Shown piece after piece: positions 1 to 8,845 of a stretch of DNA of 64,000 nucleotides. The stretch is from assembly GCA_963717145.1 (NCBI GenBank), contig OY970325.1:3744001-3808000 (forward strand). Direction: 5' to 3'. Each line of letters begins with the position of its first letter. Positions within the stretch are counted from its first letter, which is position 1. The position numbers were made by a program, and so were the translations under genes. The notes below the pieces were generated by a model. That model saw only the letters and a list, made by a program, of their open reading frames with translations, was not told where the DNA came from and searched no databases. The stretch comes from an uncultured Armatimonadetes bacterium. GTDB taxonomy: Bacteria > Armatimonadota > UBA5829 > DTJY01.

Positions 1-8
1 GCAGAGAT

Positions 9-1475
9 GTAACAGTTCACGCTTGGGGATAACGAGTTTGATCAGGCAGGGAAGAGGACAGACTTGCCTGCGAGCAGTTGCCTGCATGATTCGAGCATGT
101 CCAGACCCCTGACGTGCCATGTGCCAAACAGACTCATGAGCGTCATCTTTGTCTCAGAACCCTTCTCGCTTCTCGTCCCGCCGCATACCTTGCGCGCGAT
201 CACGCACGGCCTCAGCGCTCGTTCTGCGCCATTGTTGTCCGACGGTACTTCCGGGTACTCTACGAACATGAACAACTCGTGCAAGCGATCTATGAATCTC
301 TTTGCCAGCGTCTGCTGTGGAGCATCTGAGCCGACATACGGACCTGAGAGCGCCTCTACCTCTTCCTCGAAGAGTACTCGCTTCCACTTGCGAACCTCCG
401 CCTTCTTGCTCCGGAACTCCTTTGCCCGATCGTAAACACCCTTCACCGCATCCGCCCATGCGATGACGCCCGTGTCGTCCGCGTTCCTCTCCTTCAGTTT
501 GTGCAGATCCCTGGCCAGATGTGCCCAGCATATCTGGCGGTCTGCAACTACCGGGTTGTATCCGGCATAGCAATCCGTTACCACTACCCCTTCGTAGTCG
601 CCGCCTATCGTTTCCTTCGGGATCTCTCCACTCCGACTCCGCCGGTAGATGAAGTAGCGCACGTTCTTAGTGGAGAAGGTCCAGATGTATCCGTTCAGCC
701 CATCCTCTCTCCAGCCCGTCTCGTCTGCGTTTATGTATGGGCTTCCACGTACAAGCGAGAGTAGTCGCTCTTTCTCTTTTTTGCCACAGTCTGCCACCGT
801 GTGCAATATCTCGCTTATCTCTCCCACAGAGAGCCGAAGACCATACAGAGCCTTCAGCAATCCCTGTATCGTCCGCTTTGTCATGCGACCTACCGTCGAA
901 AGATACGATATCAGGCTCATCAGGTTCACGCCTACCCGATGCTTGCCTACAACCTGGCCGGAAAGGTCAACCTTCGGCACATGACTCTTGCCACAGTATC
1001 CGCATCTTCTGGCGATGAACCTGTGCTCGACTACGTCCACAGGCACGATGGGGATGTCGATGACTTGGCGGAGTCTCTTTACCGTGCCCCCTGTGAGCGC
1101 TCGGCCGCAGTCCGGACACTTCGAGTGCGCGTGCTCGACTACACGGGTGGGTGTCTCCCGCCTGCGCACGAACGACTTCTTGCGCTTCTTTCGTTCAGCT
1201 GCCCGGCGCTCTTTGCGGTTCGGCTTCACCCAGTCAGGCACGGATGGGGAACTGCCATCACCGCCGGAAAGCCTGGCGCGAAGGTCTTCGTTCTCCTTCT
1301 CCAGGTCGCCGATACGCGCCACGAGTTGGGGAACTAGACCTTCCAACTGGCTGACCCTGGCCTCAAGCTCCTCGTATGTCGGCTTGGATTGCTCGCTCAC
1401 ACTCCTTGGTTCGAGACGCTCCCAGCAGGTTCCTTCTTCTTACAGACAAAATAATCCCTAAGCCTGAACTGTTAC
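9..1475 (-). mobile_element. IS66-family insertion sequence (single-ORF type), complete, 8-bp target site duplication
   Basis: Left end GTAACAGTTCACGCTTGGGGAT (9-30) is an imperfect inverted repeat of ATCCCTAAGCCTGAACTGTTAC (1454-1475); GCAGAGAT flanks both sides (1-8, 1476-1483); GTAA ends and 8-bp DR are typical of IS66. Confidence 0.93.
42..1400 (-). CDS. IS66 family DDE transposase
   Basis: N-terminal coiled coil, CPDCG...CGYC zinc finger, ADETGW, QICWAHLARD and DNNGAERALRP motifs. Confidence 0.95.
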   Translation of the reverse strand: MSEQSKPTYEELEARVSQLEGLVPQLVARIGDLEKENEDLRARLSGGDGSSPSVPDWVKPNRKERRAAERKKRKKSFVRRRETPTRVVEHAHSKCPDCGRALTGGTVKRLRQVIDIPIVPVDVVEHRFIARRCGYCGKSHVPKVDLSGQVVGKHRVGVNLMSLISYLSTVGRMTKRTIQGLLKALYGLRLSVGEISEILHTVADCGKKEKERLLSLVRGSPYINADETGWREDGLNGYIWTFSTKNVRYFIYRRSRSGEIPKETIGGDYEGVVVTDCYAGYNPVVADRQICWAHLARDLHKLKERNADDTGVIAWADAVKGVYDRAKEFRSKKAEVRKWKRVLFEEEVEALSGPYVGSDAPQQTLAKRFIDRLHELFMFVEYPEVPSDNNGAERALRPCVIARKVCGGTRSEKGSETKMTLMSLFGTWHVRGLDMLESCRQLLAGKSVLFPA

Positions 1476-3010
1476 GCAGAGATTTGCACAGAAAGAGTTC
1501 ACGATCGTTGATAGTGAAGTTTGTCAGGCTGGATCGGTCGCGGGTGTCTGAGGAACGCCCATGAGCATCCGCCGGCATGACTCCATCGCATCTTCACCAC
1601 GCAAGTGCCAGGTCCCGAATAGACTCATCAGCGCCATGCGGGTCTCAGATCCCTTGGCCGACCGTGTGCCGCCGCTGATCTTGCGAGCCGTTACCGCAGG
1701 CCGGATCGCTCGCTCGGCCGCGTTGTTCTCGCTTGGTACTTCCGGACATTCTACGAAGACAAACAGCTCCGGCAGGAACCTCTCGATCCGCTGAGCCAGT
1801 ATCCGCTGGGGAACATCCCGCTTCAGGTATGGCCTGGCGAGCCGATACAACTCTTCCTCGAATGCGATCCGCTGCTCGTGCCGAGCCTTCGACTCCTCGT
1901 TCGAATATCTCTTCGCGCGTCTGTAAACGGCCTTGACCTTGCCGACCCAGACTGCTACCCCTCTCTTGTCAGGGTTCGCCTCGACGAGCGTTCGCAAGTC
2001 CCGCAGGTAGTGCACCCAGCACCGCTGATGCCGCCCCAAGAGCACGTTGTAACCGCAGTAGAAGTCGCTTACGACTACACCGCCGTAGTCCTCTCCCAGC
2101 ACATCCTTTGCGACCTCTCCGCTCCGACTCTTGTCTCGGATGAAGTAGCGCACGCGTGGCGTCGAGAAGCTCCAGATGTATCCGTTCCTCCCGTCTTCCC
2201 GCCAGCCGGTCTCATCCGCGTTCACCGCAGGGCTTCCCCGCACCGCATGAAGAAGCTTCTCTACCTCCGACTTCCCCATGGATGCTACCGTATGTAGTAT
2301 CTTTGTGATCTCTCCGCGCCCGAGATGCAGACCGTAGAGTGATTCCAGAAGCTTCTGCACACGCTCGACCGGCATTCTACCGACCGTGTGGAGATAGCTC
2401 ACCAGGCTCATCAGCCGGATGCCCACCCGGTGTGTCCCGACCACCTCTTCGGAGAGGTCGAGCTTCGGCACGTGTATCTTGTGGCAGACTCCGCAGTACC
2501 GTCCGATCACCAGGTGCTCGATGATCCTGACCGGCATCACCGGTATCTCGATCACCTGCCGGCTGTGATGCATCGTGCCGCCGGAGAGCTTCCTGCCGCA
2601 GTCGGGACAGGTGTCGAGCGCGTGCTCCACGATCTCCGTGGGGGTCTCCCTCAAGCGGGCAAACGACTTCTGCCGCTTCTTGCGATCCTTCTTCTTGCGC
2701 TCGGGCCGGTTTGCCTTCACAAAGGCAGGTATCGTCCTGCCGCCGCCACCGAGCTTGGACCGGAGTTCTTCATTCTCCTTCTCAAGCGCTCGGACGCGTT
2801 CGGTCAGGGTGTCTACACCTTCACGCAACTCCAGGACGGCCTGATGCTGCTCTCGGATCGCCTGGTGCTGCTCCAAGACGATGCCGATCAGTTCTTCTCT
2901 TGATAGGTTGCCGAGATCGTTCACAACCTACCATTCGACAGCCGATCCTGGGGTACCTTCCTCAGATTATCAATGATCGTGAACTCTTACTTTGCACATT
3001 CGTCTGTTAC
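1476..3010 (-). mobile_element. Second IS66-family element; its left terminal repeat is interrupted by the first IS66
   Basis: Right end ATGATCGTGAACTCTTACTTTGCACATTCGTCTGTTAC (to 3010) is an imperfect inverted repeat of GCAGAGATTTGCACAGAAAGAGTTCACGATCGTTGAT (from 1476), which lacks about 5 terminal nt. Confidence 0.85.
1524..2924 (-). CDS. IS66 family DDE transposase
   Basis: CPDCG zinc finger, ADETGW, QRCWVHYLRD, ENNAAERAIRP; clear paralog of 42-1400. Confidence 0.95.
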   Translation of the reverse strand: MNDLGNLSREELIGIVLEQHQAIREQHQAVLELREGVDTLTERVRALEKENEELRSKLGGGGRTIPAFVKANRPERKKKDRKKRQKSFARLRETPTEIVEHALDTCPDCGRKLSGGTMHHSRQVIEIPVMPVRIIEHLVIGRYCGVCHKIHVPKLDLSEEVVGTHRVGIRLMSLVSYLHTVGRMPVERVQKLLESLYGLHLGRGEITKILHTVASMGKSEVEKLLHAVRGSPAVNADETGWREDGRNGYIWSFSTPRVRYFIRDKSRSGEVAKDVLGEDYGGVVVSDFYCGYNVLLGRHQRCWVHYLRDLRTLVEANPDKRGVAVWVGKVKAVYRRAKRYSNEESKARHEQRIAFEEELYRLARPYLKRDVPQRILAQRIERFLPELFVFVECPEVPSENNAAERAIRPAVTARKISGGTRSAKGSETRMALMSLFGTWHLRGEDAMESCRRMLMGVPQTPATDPA

Positions 3011-3106
3011 GCAACGACTCGCCCTCTGGAATGGACTACCACTTGGCAATTGGGAGCACGAAGTGCTCTGTTTGCCTCTCGACCAGCGCAACGGGCTTTG
3101 CATCAC

Positions 3107-4468
3107 CGTGTTGCCTCATTTAACTTTGTTACCGAAACGCCATTCGTTGCGTCATTGATAATGTTACCAAGTAGTGTGTTCAAGTATGTCAGATCGGCTC
3201 TTGATCGCCGCTCAGGGCCGCGCCTTGCTCGCTTTCGATCTGTCTTTATTCGGCATCCTGTCAAGCTTTGATGATAGCCTGTGGATGCGTCTTAGTAGCT
3301 CCACCGGGTTCGTCGCTCTACGTTCTTTATCGAGGCGATCCTTTGCTTCATCGTCAAGCCATCCTTCAACACTTATCAGCTTGCGGTACGGCGTCATCGC
3401 AGGCTCATAGCGTTTGATCACTTTACTCCCAATCCGCTCCTTTTCTTTAAGACGCATCATGGGCTGACAGAAGTTGTGATACGCCACGATCAGCGGATAT
3501 ATCGCCTTTAGTACCGCAAGCTGCTCGTCCGTCTCGAATCGCCGGTAACCTATAAACTGCCGGACTACGCTCCAGTTCTTCTGCTCTACATGACATTGAT
3601 CGTTCTTCTTGTAAGGCCGACTGCGCGTAAACGTGATCCTGTGCGCTCGACAGTACTTGTTCATGTGATGGTTGATGAACTCGCCGCCGTTGTCGGTATC
3701 TATGCCTCTGACTGCAAACGGTGCGCTCTTGGACGCGGACTGCACCGCAAGCACGGTTCCGTGCTCCCCTCGGCCTTTCATTCCATCAAGCGCTACCCAT
3801 CCGGTCGCTACATCAGTCATAGTCAAAGTATACAGGAACTCTCCGCTCCCGTCACCTCCGCAATGACCCACCAAGTCCATCTCGAAGAACCCAGGCTCAG
3901 CTTCATCCCAGTCGGCAAACGTCCTCACCGGGATCTGAGACCGAAGCAGTGTCCCCGGCTTTGTTAAGGTCCTCCCTGTTAGCGATAGGGCAGACCGCTC
4001 CTTCTTCATCAACCTGTCGATGCTCGACGCGCTGATCGAGTTAAGCAGCCTCTCTTCTTCTGGTGTAACCGTTATCTCCCCGAATGACTCCAGTATGGGT
4101 AGAAACTCAGTCAGAAACGGCTGCAGACGCTTACCGCACGCGTAGAAACTCGCAGCCCAGAGTGTCTTCAGCTTGTGGGCTATCGGCTCGTATTTCGACT
4201 TCCTTGCGCGTCTCACTGGACTCCTCGCTGGTGGAACTCCTTTCGCGAACAGCCTCACCAGCGACTTCCTGTGGTAACCGGTCAATCCCTGGACTTCACT
4301 CAATACCAGCTTCTTCTCCGATTTGGTGGCTTTGCCATATTCTTTGCGTTTGCGCCTCACGACTTCTCTTACGGATGCAGTTGTCATCTTCTCCATGCCT
4401 CAGTTTCGGTAACATTCTTATCTGAGGCAACGTTTCCGTTTCGGTAACATCGTTCGTGAAGCAATTCG
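3107..4468 (-). mobile_element. ISNCY-like insertion sequence with two subterminal repeats at each end and a 5-bp target duplication
   Basis: Ends CGTGTTGCCTCA (3107) and TGAAGCAATTCG (4468); motif GGTAACA-N7/8-TGA(G/C/A)GCAA at 4405-4431 and 4440-4466, inverted at 3110-3136 and 3146-3168; ATCAC at 3102-3106 and 4469-4473. Confidence 0.8.
3212..4396 (-). CDS. Integrase-core (rve-like) DDE transposase
   Basis: PGFFEMDLVGHCG, TDVATGW, IDTDNGGEF, TRSRPYKKNDQCHVEQKN motifs. Confidence 0.9.
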   Translation of the reverse strand: MEKMTTASVREVVRRKRKEYGKATKSEKKLVLSEVQGLTGYHRKSLVRLFAKGVPPARSPVRRARKSKYEPIAHKLKTLWAASFYACGKRLQPFLTEFLPILESFGEITVTPEEERLLNSISASSIDRLMKKERSALSLTGRTLTKPGTLLRSQIPVRTFADWDEAEPGFFEMDLVGHCGGDGSGEFLYTLTMTDVATGWVALDGMKGRGEHGTVLAVQSASKSAPFAVRGIDTDNGGEFINHHMNKYCRAHRITFTRSRPYKKNDQCHVEQKNWSVVRQFIGYRRFETDEQLAVLKAIYPLIVAYHNFCQPMMRLKEKERIGSKVIKRYEPAMTPYRKLISVEGWLDDEAKDRLDKERRATNPVELLRRIHRLSSKLDRMPNKDRSKASKARP

Positions 4469-4473
4469 ATCAC

Positions 4474-4503
4474 TTGACTTTGCCGCGCGATTCCGGTTAT
4501 CAT
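4474..4503 (+). promoter_or_regulatory. sigma70-type promoter upstream of pckG
   Basis: TTGACT-N18-TATCAT immediately after the IS target duplication. Confidence 0.5.
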
Positions 4504-4729
4504 ATCAACGAAACCAGCAGGGTGGGCGATTGAGCGCCCGTTGTGCTGGAGAGAAAAGACGGTCCTTCCGCACTTGCATATCGGCGGGGCAAGCCCGTTT
4601 TTCCGGTATCTCGATGAAATGGAAGGCCGAGTACCCGCCAATCCTTGACGGATATTCGGCCATTTTTCGTCCGTATGGTGCGAGTCGGACGAGTCCGACG
4701 GGTCGGACATGTCAGAGCGAAGGGAAGTG

Positions 4730-6484
4730 ATGACGATCGGGAATCGAGCCGTGCTTGAATGGGTGGACGAAATGGCGAGGCTGTGCAAGCCCGACCGCGT
4801 TGTCTGGTGCGACGGCTCCCTCGAGGAGAAGGAGCGCCTGACGGCCGAGGCTCTCTGCACCGGTGAGTTGACTGAACTCAACCAGGACAAGCTCCCGGGA
4901 TGCACATACCATCGCACCGCGACGAACGACGTGGCGCGCACCGAGCATCTTACCTTCATCTGCACCAGCAAGGAAGAGGATGCCGGGCCCACCAACAATT
5001 GGATGTCGCCCGAGGACGCATACCGCAAACTCGGCGCGCTTTTCGACGGCTCCATGAGCGGCCGAACCATGTACGTCGTCCCGTTCATCATGGGCGTCCC
5101 CGGATCGCCGTTCAGCAAGATCGGCGTCGAGATCACCGACAGCATCTACGTCGTCTTGAACATGCGCATCATGACCCGCATGGGCAAGATCGCGCTCGAC
5201 GCACTCGATCATTCAACAGATTTTACCAAGTGCCTGCACTCGAAGCACGAACTCGACATCGAGCGCCGGTACATATGCCATTTCCCCGAGGACAACGCCA
5301 TCTGGAGCATCGGCTCCGGATACGGCGGGAACGTCCTGCTCGGCAAGAAGTGCCTGGCCCTCCGGATCGCGAGCTGGATCGGACACCAGGAAGGCTGGAT
5401 GGCGGAGCACATGCTCATCCTCGGCGTGGAAAGCCCCGAGGGAGAGATTCATTACGTCGCGGGCGCGTTCCCGAGCGCGTGTGGGAAGACCAACCTCGCG
5501 ATGCTCGTGCCCCCTGAGTCGATGCCGGGCTGGAAGGTCTGGACGGTCGGCGACGACATCGCCTGGATGCGTATCGGTCCCGACGGGCGGCTCTGGGCGG
5601 TCAACCCCGAGGCGGGATTCTTCGGTGTCGTGCCGGGGACGAACTTCAAGACGAACCCTAACGCCATGCGCAGCATCGCGCGGAATACGATCTACACGAA
5701 CGTGGTGTTGAGGCCGGACGGAAACGTCTGGTGGGAGGGCCACGACGAGGACCCGCCCGAGCATGGGATCGACTGGCAGGGGCAGTTCTGGACGCCGGCA
5801 TGCGGTGAAAAGGGCGCTCATGCGAACTCACGGTTCACCGCGCCGGCATCCCAGTGCCCGAGCATCTCGCCGGAGTGGGAGAATCCTCAGGGAGTGCCGA
5901 TCTCCGCGATCCTCTTCGGCGCGCGCCGGGCACACCTGGCTCCGCTCGTGTACCAGTCGTTCAACTGGCAGCACGGGACATACATCGGGGCGACGATGGC
6001 CTCCGAAACAACCGCCGCTGCACTCGGCGCGCAGGGAATCGTGCGGCGCGACCCGATGGCGATGCTCCCATTCTGCGGCTACAATATGGCGGAGTATTTC
6101 CGGCACTGGCTCGACATCGGGCAGGGGCTTGTCGATCCGCCGAAGATCTTCCGCGTCAACTGGTTCCGCCAGGACGAGGGCGGCAAATTCCTCTGGCCGG
6201 GATTCGGCGACAATCTGCGGGTGCTGAAATGGGTGATCGAGCGCTGCAAGGGCGAGGGCAATGCCGTCGAGACCCCGATCGGGTACGTGCCGGCTGCGGG
6301 GAGCATGTATCTCGACGGGCTGAAGATCTCGTACCAGACGATGGAAGAGCTGACCCACGTGGAGAAAGACTCGTGGTACGAGGAACTCGAGAGCCAGACG
6401 GAATGGTTCCAGCAGTTCGGCTACTCGCTTCCCCTCGAGATCTGGCAGGAACACGAGGCCCTCGCAGACCGACTGACGCGTTGA
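4730..6484 (+). CDS. pckG: Phosphoenolpyruvate carboxykinase (GTP)
   Basis: GSGYGGNVLLGKKC, AFPSACGKTNLAM, VGDDIAW, NPEAGFFGV, RRDPMAMLPFCGYN, FRVNWF; start at 4730 or 4709. Confidence 0.97.
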   Translation: MTIGNRAVLEWVDEMARLCKPDRVVWCDGSLEEKERLTAEALCTGELTELNQDKLPGCTYHRTATNDVARTEHLTFICTSKEEDAGPTNNWMSPEDAYRKLGALFDGSMSGRTMYVVPFIMGVPGSPFSKIGVEITDSIYVVLNMRIMTRMGKIALDALDHSTDFTKCLHSKHELDIERRYICHFPEDNAIWSIGSGYGGNVLLGKKCLALRIASWIGHQEGWMAEHMLILGVESPEGEIHYVAGAFPSACGKTNLAMLVPPESMPGWKVWTVGDDIAWMRIGPDGRLWAVNPEAGFFGVVPGTNFKTNPNAMRSIARNTIYTNVVLRPDGNVWWEGHDEDPPEHGIDWQGQFWTPACGEKGAHANSRFTAPASQCPSISPEWENPQGVPISAILFGARRAHLAPLVYQSFNWQHGTYIGATMASETTAAALGAQGIVRRDPMAMLPFCGYNMAEYFRHWLDIGQGLVDPPKIFRVNWFRQDEGGKFLWPGFGDNLRVLKWVIERCKGEGNAVETPIGYVPAAGSMYLDGLKISYQTMEELTHVEKDSWYEELESQTEWFQQFGYSLPLEIWQEHEALADRLTR

Positions 6485-6494
6485 GGCTCGGGGG

Positions 6495-6567
6495 GTCGTC
6501 ATGCTGAACTTGATTCAGCATCCACGGAGGCGGCAGATGGATGCTGAATCAAGTTCAGCATGACGAC
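6495..6567. repeat. Palindromic REP/MITE-like element with 30-bp perfect inverted repeat
   Basis: GTCGTCATGCTGAACTTGATTCAGCATCCA (6495-6524) and its reverse complement (6538-6567). Confidence 0.9.
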
Positions 6568-6702
6568 GGCTTGTATTTTCAAGGAAGATACGGGGCACGG
6601 TGGGTGAAAACTCGCCGTGCCTTTTTGTATATGCGCCCCAAGCAGGCATTGTCCCCTCAGGCGGCGAACAGCAGAGTTGATCTTGTGAGGGAGGACACTA
6701 CT

Positions 6703-8805
6703 ATGAAACACGCTTTGGTTCTTCTTGGATTGCTCATGCTTATCGCCGGATCGGCGCTCGGAGGGGAAAAGATGAAGGTTACTCTGAACGGACTAACTGT
6801 TACTCTCGATGCCGATTCGGGGTGCATACTCGGCCTCGACTACGCAGGGCCGGGTACGATGCTCGAGTCGTCTCCCGACCGCGGAGGGCTCGTCGACCTC
6901 GCCTATCCGCACGAGAAGTTCGAGCCGCGCCGACTCGCATCCAGGTACTCCCACGGAGCACAGATCACCAAGACCGACGGCGGTGTGGTCATCACCACAC
7001 CGAATCTCGGGGCCAGCCGCGAGGTCTTCCCGGTGAGCGGAAACGTCTCCGCGACCGTCCGACTCACAGAAGCACCCGACGGCCGATCGATCGTCATGAC
7101 CTGCGAGGTCAGCAATCAGTCGGACAAGCCCGTGCGCCAGGTGATCTTCCCCGACTTCCCCGGACTGCTGCCGTTTGATGGGAGGGATGGGACCTGGCTC
7201 CGTGCGGGCGGATTCGGGAGCCTGCCGTTCCTCGAACTCGCCCCGGACGAAGGCAAGGCCAGCACCCAGTATATGATCGACTTCGCCGGCTACACCGTCG
7301 AGCACAAAGCCGGCGGCGTCTTCAACGATATGTTCGTGCGGTGGATGGACTTCGGCGGCCTCGATGGCGGGCTCAGCCTCTTCCCGAAGCGCTGGGGGGC
7401 CGACCCGCAGGTACCGGTTCGGCTGCAGCTCTCCGAGGTCGACGGCACGATCCGCCTCATGTGCATCCACGATGCCACTATCGAGCCGGGCAAGTCCTGG
7501 GAGAGCGGCGAGTTCGTCCTGACCCCGCACGCGAACGGCTGGGCGAAGGGCATCGAGCCGTACCGCGAGTGGGTGAAGACGAAGTACAAGCGCGAGTTCC
7601 CGATCCCCAAGCGGGTTCGAGAGGGGCTCGGGTACCGGACGATCTGGATGTGCCAGACTCAGCCCGACGACCCGCAGGATGCGATCTTCCGGTTCGACGA
7701 TCTGCCTGAACTCGCGCGGGAGTCGAAGGATCACGGGCTCGACGAGATCGTCATGTGGGCCTCGCACAAGGCGTTCACCCTGCCGTTGCCGCCTCCGTTT
7801 CCACACCTGGGCACGGAACAGGATATGGCCGATGCGATCAAGGAGTGTCGGGCGCTCGGAGTCAATGTCGCCCCATTCCTGAGCATCGTCCAAGCGAACC
7901 CGGAGACCGCCCCGCGATATGGGCTCAAGGTGACCGACAACAACGGCTGGACTTATCACACCGAACTCATCCCCAAGTGGAATCCATCCTATGCGACTGG
8001 TTATTCCTGCGTGCAGGTCGGCCCGCTCAACCCGAAGTGGCACGAGGACGTGCTCGAGGGCTGCAAGCGCCTGATCGATATCGGGGTCCCCGCCCTGAGC
8101 TGGGACCAGTTCTGGACTACGCACGATCCGCCGCCGAACATGCTCTCCCTGGCATCGCAGATCAGGACCTATGCCCTCGCGCACGATCCCGAGGCCACCT
8201 TCTCCGGGGAGGAACTCTGGAACCTGGAACTCGACAGCGCCATACTCGACTACACCTGGAACTGGGGCGGCTACCGGGATTGCCGGGCCTTCACGAGCGT
8301 CTTCCCGGCCCCACGTATCAACTCCTGTATCAGTTTCGCACCGCTGAGCGTGAAGATGGCGTTCGCGGACAACCTCTACCTGAACATATTCCCGCGCAAG
8401 AAGGAGTCGGCTAACGGCTCAGACCGGATCTCGAACTACCCCGAACTCAGCAAGGCCCTGAAGCAGTGCGCCGGCCTGAGGAAGCAGTTCCTGCCGTACT
8501 TCGTCGATGGAACGCTGATCGGCGACTGCATCCTCTCGAAGCCGTGTCCGGCGACTCACATCACCGCATACACGCTGCCCGGCCGCGCGATCGTGATCAT
8601 GATCAACCGGGGCGCAAGCCGCGAGATCGACTTCACCTGCGACCTCGCGCCCTGGGTGAAGCCGTCGTCCGGGCGCTATGAGGCAAAGTCCTACGACGAG
8701 GACGGCAAGCTGCTCGACACGGCGAAGATCGACGGCGCGTGGACGGGCAAGACACCCGTGCTTGCGGGCGAGCAGATGGTCGTCTACGAGGTGACGGCTC
8801 TCTGA
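6703..8805 (+). CDS. Secreted protein, probable glycoside hydrolase-like fold (DUF6259-like)
   Basis: RBS GAGGA before ATG 6703, signal peptide MKHALVLLGLLMLIAGSALG, beta-rich N-terminal part then TIM-barrel-like region with aromatic/acidic motifs (WDQFW, GEE). Confidence 0.6.
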   Translation: MKHALVLLGLLMLIAGSALGGEKMKVTLNGLTVTLDADSGCILGLDYAGPGTMLESSPDRGGLVDLAYPHEKFEPRRLASRYSHGAQITKTDGGVVITTPNLGASREVFPVSGNVSATVRLTEAPDGRSIVMTCEVSNQSDKPVRQVIFPDFPGLLPFDGRDGTWLRAGGFGSLPFLELAPDEGKASTQYMIDFAGYTVEHKAGGVFNDMFVRWMDFGGLDGGLSLFPKRWGADPQVPVRLQLSEVDGTIRLMCIHDATIEPGKSWESGEFVLTPHANGWAKGIEPYREWVKTKYKREFPIPKRVREGLGYRTIWMCQTQPDDPQDAIFRFDDLPELARESKDHGLDEIVMWASHKAFTLPLPPPFPHLGTEQDMADAIKECRALGVNVAPFLSIVQANPETAPRYGLKVTDNNGWTYHTELIPKWNPSYATGYSCVQVGPLNPKWHEDVLEGCKRLIDIGVPALSWDQFWTTHDPPPNMLSLASQIRTYALAHDPEATFSGEELWNLELDSAILDYTWNWGGYRDCRAFTSVFPAPRINSCISFAPLSVKMAFADNLYLNIFPRKKESANGSDRISNYPELSKALKQCAGLRKQFLPYFVDGTLIGDCILSKPCPATHITAYTLPGRAIVIMINRGASREIDFTCDLAPWVKPSSGRYEAKSYDEDGKLLDTAKIDGAWTGKTPVLAGEQMVVYEVTAL

Positions 8806-8845
8806 TCGCATCTCATCAGACTCGTGTAGGAGGGAGTTTGTCCTC

